From Candidatus Woesearchaeota archaeon (lineage in GTDB: Archaea > Nanobdellota > Nanobdellia > SCGC-AAA011-G17 > PNOQ01): DNA of 64,000 nt. The position numbers and the translations under genes were made by a program. Each line of letters opens with the position of its first letter. The stretch's first letter is position 1. The stretch is from NCBI GenBank assembly GCA_018652625.1, contig JABIBT010000001.1:9563-73562 (forward strand), written 5' to 3'. Below the pieces are notes generated by a model. The model did no database searches, was not told where the DNA came from, and saw nothing but the letters and a program-made list of their open reading frames with translations. This document shows, in pieces, positions 16,519 to 26,812 of this stretch.

Positions 16519-17784
16519 GTCGATACACATACCTGCAGCAACTGTCTGACCTGCATCTCTAATAGCAAATCTTGACATTTGTGGTATTTCGCCTTGCTTT
16601 TCAATAACTAAAGGTTTAGTTGGCACAATCTTAACAATTGCAGCATCTCCGTTCTTTAGCATATCTGGATTTTCCTCAATAACTTCACCTGTAGCAGCAT
16701 TGATTTTCTTAACCAATTCAGTAATTTGACATGCTACTTGTGCTGTATGTATGTGGAAAACAGGCGTATAACCTACAGTTAATACTGAAGGATGGTTTAA
16801 TACAACAATTTGTGCTGTAAACTCCTTAGCCAATGTAGGTACGCTATCAGATTTACCTAAAACATCTCCTCTAGCAATATCCTTTTTACCAATTCCTCTT
16901 ACTGAGAAACCAATATTATCTCCAGGGATTGCTTCTTGAATTTGTTCATGGTGCATCTCTATAGTTTTACATTCACCTGAAACTCCTTTACCTTCTCTAC
17001 CAGGAACAACAGTAACTTTGTCCCCAATTTTCATAGTTCCAGTTTCAACTCTTCCAACAGGAACTACTCCAATACCTGCGATGTTATAAACATCTTGGAT
17101 TGGTAATCTCAAAGGCAAACCAGTTGGTTTTTCAGGTTCCTTAAATATATCCAATTGCTCCAAAACAGTAGGGCCAGTATACCAAGCCATCTTATCTGAT
17201 TTCTTAGCAATATTATCTCCTTCTAATGCGCTAGCAGGGATAAATGCAACTTCATCAGGATTATATCCTACAGTTTTTAACAAGTTTGAAACATCTTCTT
17301 TAACTTTGTTATATTTGTCTTCAGAATATTCAACTGTATCCATCTTATTAATTAAGACAGAGATTTGATTAACCCCAAGAGTTTTACACAAGAAAACGTG
17401 TTCTTTTGTTTGTGCCATAACTGAATCAGTAGCGGCAACAACTAGAACTCCTACATCTGCTTGACTAGCTCCAGTAATCATATTTTTAATGAAGTCTCTG
17501 TGTCCGGGAGCATCAATAACAGTATATTCAAATTTATCAGTATTAAATTTTTTATGACTTAAATCTATTGTAACTCCTCTTTCTCTTTCTTCTTTTAAGT
17601 TGTCCATAACAAAAGCGAATTCAAATCCACCTTTTCCCAACTCTTCAGCCTTTTCTTTTAATTTTCTCATTGCTTGTTCATCAATGTTACCTGAATCAAA
17701 CATTAATCTACCTACAGCGGTAGACTTACCGTGATCAACATGACCAACAAATACAATATTTATGTGTGGTTTTTCTTTAGCCAT
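16501..17784 (-). CDS. tuf: Translation elongation factor 1-alpha (aEF-1A)
   Basis: 427 aa. [26 protein letters not shown] lies 8 nt upstream of the ATG. Confidence 0.97.
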   Translation of the reverse strand: MAKEKPHINIVFVGHVDHGKSTAVGRLMFDSGNIDEQAMRKLKEKAEELGKGGFEFAFVMDNLKEERERGVTIDLSHKKFNTDKFEYTVIDAPGHRDFIKNMITGASQADVGVLVVAATDSVMAQTKEHVFLCKTLGVNQISVLINKMDTVEYSEDKYNKVKEDVSNLLKTVGYNPDEVAFIPASALEGDNIAKKSDKMAWYTGPTVLEQLDIFKEPEKPTGLPLRLPIQDVYNIAGIGVVPVGRVETGTMKIGDKVTVVPGREGKGVSGECKTIEMHHEQIQEAIPGDNIGFSVRGIGKKDIARGDVLGKSDSVPTLAKEFTAQIVVLNHPSVLTVGYTPVFHIHTAQVACQITELVKKINAATGEVIEENPDMLKNGDAAIVKIVPTKPLVIEKQGEIPQMSRFAIRDAGQTVAAGMCIDLIKKE

Positions 17785-17851
17785 TTATTATTCCTCCATG
17801 AATGAATAGTATTACTAAATGGAAAAATTACCCGTTTATAAATGTTTCTAC

Positions 17852-18352
17852 TTAATCATCTAAATTAAAATTCTTTTTTAAAATAAATCCATATCTCGCA
17901 GGACCAGGTTCCCATTTAAATTCGGGCTCTACCTTAAGTTCTAATGAAGGTATATCTCCTGTTGGTCTATCCAGATAAAAAATATTTGAATATTCTCTCA
18001 TAGCTTCCATTGAAAAAAATGTATACAATGCTTTGCCCATTATTTCATTAAAGTCAAAACCTTTACAAGATACTCTTCTTCTAAATTTTAAATCAATATT
18101 TACATGAGAATCAGCAATAATCTCTAAATCTCTTTCAAAAATTTCATCTCTTTGATCGTCAGAAAGTCCTTGAAAGAATCCATTTCCAACTTCAAATAGT
18201 TTTCCAGATATAACTCCCATGGTCCTTTTAGCCAATTCAGAATTTTCCACTCTTTCAGAAATCTTTTTATCTCTACGATATCCGCCAGAACTTCCTTCTC
18301 TAGCCCTGTTTCCGTCCCCTAATTCACTATATGTATAAAACATTTTAAGCAT
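17852..18352 (-). CDS. Hypothetical protein (ORFan between EF-2 and EF-1alpha)
   Basis: The track ORF starts at a GTG (18367). In-frame ATGs at 18350-18352 and 18341-18343 flank the upstream stop (18345-18347), suggesting translational coupling. No family recognised. Confidence 0.5.
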   Translation of the reverse strand: MLKMFYTYSELGDGNRAREGSSGGYRRDKKISERVENSELAKRTMGVISGKLFEVGNGFFQGLSDDQRDEIFERDLEIIADSHVNIDLKFRRRVSCKGFDFNEIMGKALYTFFSMEAMREYSNIFYLDRPTGDIPSLELKVEPEFKWEPGPARYGFILKKNFNLDD

Positions 18353-18728
18353 AAGGACATTTTCCACAATACTTTGGATTTTCCAAAGCTTGTTTTCTTC
18401 CTTCTTCTCCTATAGCAAATCCTTCATTAAGTTTAGCATGAGGTTCACCAAAATGTAATCTATAAGCATCAGTCAAACAATGATATTCCACAGTTGTATC
18501 TTTCCCATTAATATTAACTATTCTTAAAAGATTTGAGCATCTAACTGGTCTTTTTCCATTTTCAACAATAATTGCCTTTACTGATTTTTCAAATTCTCCT
18601 TCTGGACCATTACATTGAGATTCATGAATTACAGGAACTTTAGCATCTGCCAAGTTTTTAGCTATTGCTTTTCCAAGTTTAGACACAAGATCATCACTCA
18701 TATCCATCTTTAATTCAGCCATTTTCAA
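18345..18728 (-). CDS. Hypothetical Cys-containing protein (ORFan)
   Basis: 127 aa with scattered Cys, including a C-terminal CGKCP. No family recognised. Confidence 0.5.
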   Translation of the reverse strand: MKMAELKMDMSDDLVSKLGKAIAKNLADAKVPVIHESQCNGPEGEFEKSVKAIIVENGKRPVRCSNLLRIVNINGKDTTVEYHCLTDAYRLHFGEPHAKLNEGFAIGEEGRKQALENPKYCGKCPYA

Positions 18729-18795
18729 TAAAAAGAAAAAATATTTTACTTATAAACCTTTCTATTTGTAACTACCAAAAGATAACTAAAATTTA

Positions 18796-19191
18796 TTATG
18801 ATTCACATATTTCTTTCTCTAATTTATTGTCTTCTTCTATAGAAACAGCCTCTCTTTCATCACTTCTACCTTTTTGATAAATACCATATACCAAACCCGA
18901 TAATGTACTAATACCTGCACCAATATAACTAGCCGGATTTTCAGGATTATTCACAATTGGATAAACAATTCCTGCCCCAACACCCAATAAATAACCAAGA
19001 GTAGCAGTACCATTTAACGCAACATGATTAATTTCATTAATACCCCCTCTAGACTCTTCAACAATATTTTTTGGAAAACCAATGGGATACACAAAAGCAC
19101 AACATGCTCCTACAAATAAACCTCCAAGGGTAAACGGAACAGTAAATGCTAAATCCTTACCTAAACTCATTTGTTCATTTTCTTCAGCCAT
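18796..19191 (-). CDS. Glycine-rich membrane protein
   Basis: 131 aa. Hydrophobic Gly-rich helices (GGLFVGACCAFVYPIG, GVGAGIVYPI, GAGISTLSGLVYGI). Confidence 0.5.
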   Translation of the reverse strand: MAEENEQMSLGKDLAFTVPFTLGGLFVGACCAFVYPIGFPKNIVEESRGGINEINHVALNGTATLGYLLGVGAGIVYPIVNNPENPASYIGAGISTLSGLVYGIYQKGRSDEREAVSIEEDNKLEKEICES

Positions 19192-19228
19192 CTTAACAAA
19201 TCAGAGAATACTAAACTATTAATAAACT

Positions 19229-21403
19229 TTACTCATTATCGCCCAAACCTTTCCTCTGTCTAATCTTCTTGATAACTTCAGCTTTAAGATTAACAGGCAA
19301 AGTTTCAAACATTTGATCAACTAAATACTGACTACCACGTCCAGAAGTAACAGATCTTAATTCTGAAGCAATTCCAAACATTTCAGCAACAGGTAATTTA
19401 GCTTTAACAGAAATATGCTCACCTTGTTGATCAACATTAATTAATTGTCCTCTTTTATTTTGAATCATACCAGATAAATTTCCTAAATATTCAGAAGGAC
19501 TGTCAAATTGCATAACTTGAATAGGTTCTAGAATACTTGAACCTGCAGTAGCCATACTACCTTTAATAGATTCTCTAATTGCGGGATAAACCTGAGCAGG
19601 ACCTCTATGAATCGCATCTTCATGAAGTTTCATATCCATAATTCGTACTCTCATTTTAGCACAAGGTTCTCTGGCTAATGGACCTGCATTAATAACTTGT
19701 TGAAAACCATCCATAATCATTTCAATAACTTCTCCTATATGAACAACTCCTCTTGTATCATCAACAAGAACATTTCCTTTATAGAAATACCTATATCTTT
19801 GAGCCTCTTTAGAATTCAAACCAAGTTCAACTAATTTATCTATAACAATTCTATCTTTTTTCTTTACTCTTCCTTCAGATAAATCTCCAGATTTTATAGC
19901 TTTATAGATATTATCTTCTAATGGTTCTACAATTATATAGAATTTATTATGTTTATTGGGGCTTTTACCTTCTTCTTCCGTACCAGTTTTAGTAACCGTT
20001 TCTCTATAAACCACAATCGGGGGAGAAGTTTTAACTTCCAAACCTTTTTCATTTTTAATTCTATTCTCAATAATTTCTAAATGTAATTCACCCATTCCAG
20101 ATATTAAGTTCTCTCCAGTTTCTTCATTAATTTCAACCTTAATACTTGGATCTTCTTTTCCAACTTGCCTTAAAACTTCAATTAATCTAGCTAAGTCAGC
20201 AGCCTTCAAAGCTTCAATAGATTTAGTAATAACCGGTTCAAAAATATGTTTAATCTCTTCAAAAGGAGTCATTGGCTCTGTAGAAACCGTTTCTCCCGCA
20301 AAAGTATCTCTCAAACCAACTAAACCAACAATATTTCCACACGGAATCTCTTCCATCATAGTTCTTTGTGAACCCTTGTAAATAGAAACTTGTTGCAATC
20401 TAACTTTTTTCTTAGCCATATTTAAATAGATTTCATCACCTTGTCTAACAGTTCCAGAAAACAAACGGCCAGTAGCAACCTCTCCAGCATGTTTATCTAC
20501 TACAATTTTAGTAACAATCAAACCCACTCCGCCCTTAGGATCACAATTAGATAATGCCTTACCTTCAACACTATCAATATCCCCATGCCAAATTTTAGGA
20601 ATTCTATATTTTTGAGCATTTAAAGGATTAGGATGATGTTTAATAGTCATATCCAAAACCACTTCATGAATCGGAGCCTTTTTAGACAATTCTTTGTAAG
20701 TTTCATTTTCATACGCATCAATTATATCTTTGAAAGAAATATTTTTCTTTTTCATGTATGGTAAAGAAATTCCCCAGTTGTGATATGCTGAACCGAAAGC
20801 AACAGAACCATCTTGAATACTAACTTTCCATTTTTCTTTTAATTCTTCAGGAGCAATTTGTTCAATATACTTATTAATATGAGTAATAATATCAACAAAC
20901 TTTTGTTGCATAGCTTCGGGAGTTAATTTAACCTCTTTGATTAACCTATCAACTTTATTAATAAACAAGACCGGTTTAACTCTTTCTCTTAAGGCTTGTT
21001 TCAAAACAGTCTCAGTTTGTGGCATAATTCCTTCAACAGCACAACATAAAACAACAGCACCATCAACAGCTCTCATTGCCCTTGTAACATCTCCTCCAAA
21101 ATCAACATGTCCCGGAGTGTCAATTAAATTAATTAAATAATCATCGCCTTCAACTGAGTGAAGCATAGAAACTGACGCACTATCAATAGTAATTCCTCTT
21201 TCGGTTTCATCATCATGGAAATCTAAAGCTCTTTGCTCTCCAGCCAACTCTTCTGAAAGCATTCCCGCACCAGCTAAGAGATTATCAGAAAAAGTAGTTT
21301 TACCATGATCAATATGTGCACAAATAGCAATATTTCTAATCTTCTCTGGTATAATCATAATCTTCTTTATATTTTCCGTCGATTTATCTGCCATGATAGT
21401 CAA
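19229..21403 (-). CDS. fusA: Translation elongation factor 2 (aEF-2)
   Basis: 724 aa. AHIDHGKTT, DTPGHVDF, NKVD, and the diphthamide-site motif LHEDAIHRGPAQ. Confidence 0.97.
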   Translation of the reverse strand: MTIMADKSTENIKKIMIIPEKIRNIAICAHIDHGKTTFSDNLLAGAGMLSEELAGEQRALDFHDDETERGITIDSASVSMLHSVEGDDYLINLIDTPGHVDFGGDVTRAMRAVDGAVVLCCAVEGIMPQTETVLKQALRERVKPVLFINKVDRLIKEVKLTPEAMQQKFVDIITHINKYIEQIAPEELKEKWKVSIQDGSVAFGSAYHNWGISLPYMKKKNISFKDIIDAYENETYKELSKKAPIHEVVLDMTIKHHPNPLNAQKYRIPKIWHGDIDSVEGKALSNCDPKGGVGLIVTKIVVDKHAGEVATGRLFSGTVRQGDEIYLNMAKKKVRLQQVSIYKGSQRTMMEEIPCGNIVGLVGLRDTFAGETVSTEPMTPFEEIKHIFEPVITKSIEALKAADLARLIEVLRQVGKEDPSIKVEINEETGENLISGMGELHLEIIENRIKNEKGLEVKTSPPIVVYRETVTKTGTEEEGKSPNKHNKFYIIVEPLEDNIYKAIKSGDLSEGRVKKKDRIVIDKLVELGLNSKEAQRYRYFYKGNVLVDDTRGVVHIGEVIEMIMDGFQQVINAGPLAREPCAKMRVRIMDMKLHEDAIHRGPAQVYPAIRESIKGSMATAGSSILEPIQVMQFDSPSEYLGNLSGMIQNKRGQLINVDQQGEHISVKAKLPVAEMFGIASELRSVTSGRGSQYLVDQMFETLPVNLKAEVIKKIRQRKGLGDNE

Positions 21404-21421
21404 AAGAAGAAAATAGTTTGT

Positions 21422-21631
21422 TTATAAATATTTCGGAAAATACTCAGAATAAATAATACTTCTTACTCTTTCCCTTACAAAAGGATTGTTAACATCTTCT
21501 AAAGAAATATCATATTGGGCCAACCAATGTTTATTACTAGAAAGCATTCTTGTTAAATCTTCCAAAGCACTTTTTTTCTTTGGGTTGCCAATTCCTGGTT
21601 TAATAGGTATTATTTCTGCCATTTTCCTCAT
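21422..21631 (-). CDS. Hypothetical small protein
   Basis: 69-aa ORF directly upstream of EF-2 on the same strand. Confidence 0.4.
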   Translation of the reverse strand: MRKMAEIIPIKPGIGNPKKKSALEDLTRMLSSNKHWLAQYDISLEDVNNPFVRERVRSIIYSEYFPKYL

Positions 21632-21641
21632 AAAGAATTAT

Positions 21642-21902
21642 TTATCTCTCTCTTTTCTTAAAAGTATTATAAGCCAAAGCACTAGGACCACCAAAACTAA
21701 TGGACTCTTCAAATAAGTAATAATTAATTTCGTCTGTTTCCGCATCTCCACAAAATCTTCCAAGAGCTACACCGCTATCCAACATGCCCCTAAAAGCACG
21801 AACATGCAATTCTGGTTTAGATAACAACACTATTTCTCCAGTTTCAGAAACTTCTCCCTCTAAACCATTCTCTCCATCCATAAGTTTTTTCAATATTGGC
21901 AT
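21642..21902 (-). CDS. Hypothetical small protein
   Basis: 86-aa ORF with non-repetitive composition. Confidence 0.45.
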   Translation of the reverse strand: MPILKKLMDGENGLEGEVSETGEIVLLSKPELHVRAFRGMLDSGVALGRFCGDAETDEINYYLFEESISFGGPSALAYNTFKKRER

Positions 21903-21962
21903 CGTATTTCCTTAAAAAGAGATCAAAGTAACCTTTAAAAAACTAACTATCTATGTTACAAT

Positions 21963-22220
21963 ATGGAATTATTAACCATAATAACAATAATCTTTGGTGT
22001 AGCAATGAGTGTTGGATACTTCACCCAAACATATAAGATTTTCAAAAAGAAAAGTGCAAAAGATGTATCCCTCCTAACATATCTATTTTTTGGAAGTGGA
22101 ATAATTATCTGGTTACTTTATGGGATATCTATACAGTCTTATCCAGTAATAATCTCAAATATTGTTTATTTAGTGGGAGTTATATCTGTTTTATTGGCTT
22201 ATTTCTCAGTAAAACGTTAA
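21963..22220 (+). CDS. SemiSWEET / PQ-loop family transporter (3 TM)
   Basis: 85 aa with three helices. The FTQTYKIFKKKSAKDVS loop corresponds to the PQ motif, then GxxxWxxYG and N-containing TM3, as in bacterial SemiSWEETs. Confidence 0.7.
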   Translation: MELLTIITIIFGVAMSVGYFTQTYKIFKKKSAKDVSLLTYLFFGSGIIIWLLYGISIQSYPVIISNIVYLVGVISVLLAYFSVKR

Positions 22221-22259
22221 ACATAATATTATATAAAGAAAGAGTCTAACCCACAAAAT

Positions 22260-22727
22260 ATGAAAAAATTATTATTCGTTCTAATATTAATTTTAATTTC
22301 TTCTTGTACATATACTGGAGAAACAACTTTAGAACACAAATTAGAAGGGCCTTACCTAGTAACTAAAGTCGTAGACGGAGACACAGCTGACGTAATAATA
22401 AATGGAAAAACAGAGAGATTAAGATTCTCAGGAGTAAACACACCAGAAACAGATGAATGCTATTATCAAGAAGCAACGGATGAACTGACAAAATTAATTC
22501 TAGATAAAGAAGTATATTTACAACAAGATAAAACAGATAGGGGAAAATACGGAAGATTGCTAAGATATGTTTATTTGGATGACTTACTAATTAATCAACA
22601 TTTAATTGAGAATGGATTCGCAAAGGCATTTCACAAATATAAAGATGACACATCTAAATATGAATTATTTGCACGTGCAGAATTTGAAGCAATTAGATTA
22701 GAAAAAGGTTTATGGAAAGATTGTTAA
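22260..22727 (+). CDS. Secreted staphylococcal-nuclease-like thermonuclease (lipobox-like signal)
   Basis: Signal peptide ending LISSC. VVDGDTADV, RFSGVNTPE, YGRLLRYVY, GFAKA. Confidence 0.85.
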   Translation: MKKLLFVLILILISSCTYTGETTLEHKLEGPYLVTKVVDGDTADVIINGKTERLRFSGVNTPETDECYYQEATDELTKLILDKEVYLQQDKTDRGKYGRLLRYVYLDDLLINQHLIENGFAKAFHKYKDDTSKYELFARAEFEAIRLEKGLWKDC

Positions 22728-22731
22728 AAAG

Positions 22732-22860
22732 CTATTCCAAAGGCTTCTCTTCCCTAAACCCACACTCTTTACAATAAGCAACAGAATAAAAACCATCAGA
22801 AAACTTATGTTGGCCTTTATGTAATTTAGCACCACAATCCGGGCAATCGTCTTTTAACAT
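22732..22860 (-). CDS. Small zinc-ribbon protein (42 aa), not in ORF track
   Basis: Own translation: MLKDDCPDCGAKLHKGQHKFSDGFYSVAYCKECGFREEKPLE (CxxC...CxxC). Confidence 0.35.
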   Translation of the reverse strand: MLKDDCPDCGAKLHKGQHKFSDGFYSVAYCKECGFREEKPLE

Positions 22861-22939
22861 AAACAAAAAACAAAGAAATGAATTTAAAACATTATCGGAA
22901 CACAACAATCTTTATAATCTCATTTAATTTCCCACAAAA

Positions 22940-23317
22940 ATGGCAGAAAACTTAGAAAAAAAGATTTTTTTGATATGCCCAGTTAGAAACATCACAGATG
23001 AAGAAAATCAGTTTTTACAAAATTATATTTCTGAATTAGAATCAGGTAACAATAAAGTACATTATCCTCCTAGAGACACTGATCAAGAAGATCCTATAGG
23101 GTATGATATATGTTCAGAAAACAGGGAAGCTATAAGTGCTGCAGACGAAGTACATATTTATTGGAATCCTGGTAGCAGTGGAAGTGGATTCGATTTAGGA
23201 ATGGCATTTATGGAACATAAACCAATAAAGCTTATTAATAAAGATAAAATTCCAAAAACCTCTCACAAAAGTTTCGAAAACGTTCTACACAAATTAGACG
23301 AAATATACAACTTATAG
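22940..23317 (+). CDS. Nucleoside 2-deoxyribosyltransferase / DNPH1-like fold protein (tentative)
   Basis: IFLICPVR N-terminal strand and the SSGSGFDLGMAF motif, which resembles S.G..(E/D)LG.A of the deoxyribosyltransferase superfamily. Confidence 0.4.
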   Translation: MAENLEKKIFLICPVRNITDEENQFLQNYISELESGNNKVHYPPRDTDQEDPIGYDICSENREAISAADEVHIYWNPGSSGSGFDLGMAFMEHKPIKLINKDKIPKTSHKSFENVLHKLDEIYNL

Positions 23318-23359
23318 TTCTTCCATAACATATTTAAAGGAACCACATAAAACAATCTA

Positions 23360-23956
23360 ATGAAATTTTCAGAGAAAGAGAAATATGATTTATTCAAAGC
23401 ATGGGTTGCTATCTCACTTGCTTTTGGTATAATTATAGCTAAAAGATTAGACATTTCAATTTTTTCAGCAGAGTTCACCCCATTATTATTAGTTTCAGCT
23501 TTATCTGTCGGTATTGGTTTTCTATTACATGAAATTGGTCACAAATATGTGGCTCAAAAATATAATTTCTGGGCAGAATTCAGATCTTCTGATAGAATGT
23601 TAATGTTTGCTATTTTATTAGCTTTATTTACTCCAATCATTTTCGCAGCACCCGGAGCAGTAATGATTAATGGTTATTATATGACTAAAGAAAAAAATGG
23701 AAAAATTTCTGCAGCAGGACCTTTAGTAAATTTAGTTCTTGCTATTTTATTCATAGTATTAATTCTTGCAGGGATAAATAATCTATTAACCGGATACGGA
23801 GCTTTCATAAATTCTTTAATTGCTTTATTTAATCTAATTCCATTTGGAAATTTAGACGGAAAAAAGATATTAACTTGGAATAAACCAGTATACGCAACAA
23901 TGGTAACTTTAGGAATAATATTATTTTTTGTAAGCTCTACACTAGCTAATATTTAA
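23360..23956 (+). CDS. Site-2 protease family (M50) intramembrane metalloprotease
   Basis: HEIGH zinc motif in a TM helix and NLIPFGNLDG motif. 198 aa, multi-TM. Confidence 0.8.
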   Translation: MKFSEKEKYDLFKAWVAISLAFGIIIAKRLDISIFSAEFTPLLLVSALSVGIGFLLHEIGHKYVAQKYNFWAEFRSSDRMLMFAILLALFTPIIFAAPGAVMINGYYMTKEKNGKISAAGPLVNLVLAILFIVLILAGINNLLTGYGAFINSLIALFNLIPFGNLDGKKILTWNKPVYATMVTLGIILFFVSSTLANI

Positions 23957-24550
23957 CTATCTACTAGAATCAGATTGTCTTTCAGCCTCTAGTTTCTTAG
24001 AAATTGCATTACTGGCTTGATCAATTCTAAAAGCTGCCAAAATCTCATCAGCCAAAGTTCTAGTTATTTTCTTTTTAGAATTAAAAGATTTACCATAAGC
24101 TCCTTGTACAAACCATCTCAAAGCCAAATCAACCCTACGTAAAGGAGAAACGTCAACAGCTTTTGAATATCTTGCTCCACCATATTCTATTCCAGTAACT
24201 TCCTCACGGGGAGCAGCATTCTCCAAAGCCTTAACAAAAACTTGAATAGGATTCTCTTTAGTTTCTTTTTCAATAATTTCAAAAGTTTCTTTAACAATTT
24301 TATAAACTTTAGTTGATTTTCCAGTACAATGTGAAGAAGATAGCTTATGTTTTTTTCCTTTATGTCCAGGAACCATTAATCTATTCATTAATCTTTCAAC
24401 AATATTATTTTTTTGCACCCAAATTCTTTGTCCAGAAGCAGCTCTTCCCCCACTTCTAGGTATCAAAACCGGGTCTATAAAAATATATGGAGATAGTGCT
24501 TTCTCATTAACTTTAACACTTTCAATATCCCAAACATTAAACAGCTTCAT
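23957..24550 (-). CDS. rps7: 30S ribosomal protein S7 (uS7)
   Basis: 197 aa. Typical archaeal S7 sequence, positioned downstream of S12. Confidence 0.95.
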   Translation of the reverse strand: MKLFNVWDIESVKVNEKALSPYIFIDPVLIPRSGGRAASGQRIWVQKNNIVERLMNRLMVPGHKGKKHKLSSSHCTGKSTKVYKIVKETFEIIEKETKENPIQVFVKALENAAPREEVTGIEYGGARYSKAVDVSPLRRVDLALRWFVQGAYGKSFNSKKKITRTLADEILAAFRIDQASNAISKKLEAERQSDSSR

Positions 24551-24984
24551 CTTCTTCCCTTCTCTATCTTTCCTTTAACTAATGCTTTCAAACTTTGATC
24601 ATTAACTTTAATAACTTGCCACCTAATTCCAGGAATATCTCCTTTTGCTCTTCCTTTAGTTCCACCAATACACTCAACTACAACTTCATCGTGTTCATCA
24701 ATTAATTTAATAGAATTTTCTAAAGGTGAGAAAGCAGTAATTTTTCTACCATTTTTTACTAATTGGCATTTAACACACTTTCTTAAAGCAGAATTTGGTT
24801 GTTTTGCTTCCCTTTGTACTTTCTCCAAAACAATCGCTTTGGCTTGAGGACATGCATGTAAAGGATCAGATCTCTTCTTCAATCCTAAAGCTCTTCTTTT
24901 AAAATAAGGATCTTTCCATCTATTAATTTTCCTTTTCTTCTTCAACTTTGCACCGGATTTTAATCCTCTTGATTTATTTCCCAT
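24547..24984 (-). CDS. rps12: 30S ribosomal protein S12 (uS12)
   Basis: 145 aa. [16 protein letters not shown]. Confidence 0.95.
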   Translation of the reverse strand: MGNKSRGLKSGAKLKKKRKINRWKDPYFKRRALGLKKRSDPLHACPQAKAIVLEKVQREAKQPNSALRKCVKCQLVKNGRKITAFSPLENSIKLIDEHDEVVVECIGGTKGRAKGDIPGIRWQVIKVNDQSLKALVKGKIEKGRR

Positions 24985-24985
24985 T

Positions 24986-25411
24986 TTACGTTATTTTCAC
25001 ATCACTTAAATCGAAATATTTTTTGACTAATTCTCGAAGCATATTTAGATTTCTACTTTCTCTTCCAATCAACACGCCACGATCTCTCATCGATGAAACT
25101 TTGATAATCATAACGTTCTCATCGACGTTTATATCTTCAACAGCAATTGGTGAGATGAAACCCTTTATAAACTTAACTGGTTCAGAATTATACTCTACAA
25201 TTTTAACCTTTTTTTTCATAAGATCATTTAATCTTTTAACATTTTTTCCTTTTATTCCAACCGCTTTAGCACCTTGATTCTCACCAACAATAAAAACCAA
25301 CATTTCATTATAAGAAAAACAATTTTTTACATCTGCACGTGTAATAGACTCAAAAAGATTGATAAACTGGATTGTTTTTAGATCGTATTTATTCATTTTA
25401 TAATGCAACAC
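24986..25411 (-). CDS. nusA: Archaeal NusA-like protein (two KH domains)
   Basis: 141 aa. [10 protein letters not shown] and [11 protein letters not shown]-type GxxG loops. Canonical position between L30e and S12. Confidence 0.85.
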   Translation of the reverse strand: MLHYKMNKYDLKTIQFINLFESITRADVKNCFSYNEMLVFIVGENQGAKAVGIKGKNVKRLNDLMKKKVKIVEYNSEPVKFIKGFISPIAVEDINVDENVMIIKVSSMRDRGVLIGRESRNLNMLRELVKKYFDLSDVKIT

Positions 25412-25653
25412 ATATTTATAGAAAAAGGTTTCTTACAAATTGCTCCTAACTCCTTACTATTCTCTTTTAGTTTATCCAACTTACATTTATTTATTTCACA
25501 ATATTTTTCAAGTGAATTCAAACTCTCAGCTTGGCAATTGCTAGACACAAAAGCTTCCTTTGTTTTTCCTTTTTTCAATAATTTTAAGGTTTCATCACTT
25601 CCAACTATCAACTTATTGTCTTTAAGTGCCTTCTTTAAATTATCCATACTCAT
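25393..25653 (-). CDS. rpl30e: 50S ribosomal protein L30e (eL30)
   Basis: 86 aa. KLIVGSDETLKLLKKGK and ELGAICKKPF match the L30e pattern. Canonical position after rpoA''. Confidence 0.8.
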   Translation of the reverse strand: MSMDNLKKALKDNKLIVGSDETLKLLKKGKTKEAFVSSNCQAESLNSLEKYCEINKCKLDKLKENSKELGAICKKPFSINMCCIIK

Positions 25654-26810
25654 TTCTTTTTACCTACCTTCTCTTTTTTTATTTGTGCAACTAGCCCAGG
25701 CAATCCCGTACCCATTGGAATTGGTTGGTTAATCATAACATTTTCAATAACACTTCTTATTTTATCTACTTCCCCAGTTATACTAGCATCAACTATATGT
25801 TTAATTGGGGTCTCAAAACTTGCTCTTGCCAATACACTTTCTTTTTCACCAGAGATTCCACCCCTAGTTATTCCTTTTACATTTCCAGTATGAGTCATTA
25901 ATTCAGACAAAAACATAACGTGTCTTATATCAATATCTAACCCTTGATTTTCCAAAACAGCTAAACATTCATTCATTATAGCTTGTTTAGCGGCCTCAAT
26001 ACCAAGGATAGAAGCAATTTCAAACAAATTATTAGAAACTGTTGATTTGGGTTCAATTTCTTTCAACTTAAAAACTTCTTTTAGATTAGTACCTGCACAC
26101 TGTATTACATATTTACCATCTTTTTTAGTAGGCAAAACTTGCGTAATACCAGAAATTCCTCTAACAATAACTTCTTTAGCTTTTTGCCTTAATCTATATA
26201 ATCCGGTCAAATCTCCTTCTTCTTTTGATGATTCCAAAACAAACCCCTTTGTGCACTCTTTTACATTTACATCCTTAAGCTTAACTTTTAGAGTTTCAAG
26301 AATATCAGCTTTTTTAAATCCAAAATCTCTAAGCTTTTTGCTATTAAGAGTCACTTCTACAGCAGCTTTCATCATATTTAATGAAAACTCTGAGCTGATT
26401 TCTTGCAAAGTCATTTGTTTAATAAAACTTGCAACTTTTCTTATAGTTTTTTCATCTTTTGTATATTCTGATTTCAAATAAACATTCATAGAGGGAGTAG
26501 ATGGTTCTTTTCTAGCATCAAAGATTTCAATTAATCTTGGAAGTCCTCTTGTAACTTGCACTTCTGCAACACCTGCCATGTGAAAAACATTAAGTGTCAT
26601 CTGAGTACCTGGTTCTCCAAATGATTCAGCAGTTATAATACCAACAGATTCTCCTGGAGAAATTAATGAATTAACATATTCGTGTTTGACTTCCTCTAAA
26701 ACTTTTTTTACTTCGGCAGAAGTCAATTTATTTATTTCTGCCTCTTTCTTTACATCTTCGATTATTTTTCCTGGCAATTCATCCTTATATTTTAAATATA
26801 TGTCTACCAT
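25650..26810 (-). CDS. rpoA2: DNA-directed RNA polymerase subunit A'' (Rpo1C)
   Basis: 386 aa. GEPGTQMTLNVFHMAGV trigger-loop region. Confidence 0.95.
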   Translation of the reverse strand: MVDIYLKYKDELPGKIIEDVKKEAEINKLTSAEVKKVLEEVKHEYVNSLISPGESVGIITAESFGEPGTQMTLNVFHMAGVAEVQVTRGLPRLIEIFDARKEPSTPSMNVYLKSEYTKDEKTIRKVASFIKQMTLQEISSEFSLNMMKAAVEVTLNSKKLRDFGFKKADILETLKVKLKDVNVKECTKGFVLESSKEEGDLTGLYRLRQKAKEVIVRGISGITQVLPTKKDGKYVIQCAGTNLKEVFKLKEIEPKSTVSNNLFEIASILGIEAAKQAIMNECLAVLENQGLDIDIRHVMFLSELMTHTGNVKGITRGGISGEKESVLARASFETPIKHIVDASITGEVDKIRSVIENVMINQPIPMGTGLPGLVAQIKKEKVGKKK

Positions 26811-26812
26811 AG

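Noticed and set aside
18341-18367. 23-nt overlap between the 127-aa and 171-aa ORFs as a possible programmed frameshift site
   Set aside because: The track start of the downstream ORF is a GTG. In-frame ATGs at 18350-18352 and 18341-18343 sit right at the upstream stop, so ordinary translational coupling explains it. No slippery heptamer is seen.
26047-26481. Long antisense ORFs inside conserved genes (26047..26481 in rpoA'', 47669..48046 in rps2, 46354..46722 in corA, 60001..60411 in thyX, 56249..56671 opposite the Fap7-like gene, 24948..25277, 25403..25732)
   Set aside because: They are surprising at first in AT-rich DNA. However, their Phe/Leu/Ser/Ile-rich composition is what results from reading Lys/Glu/Asn-rich codons backwards, a frame that avoids stops. 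Each is fully contained in a well-supported conserved gene.
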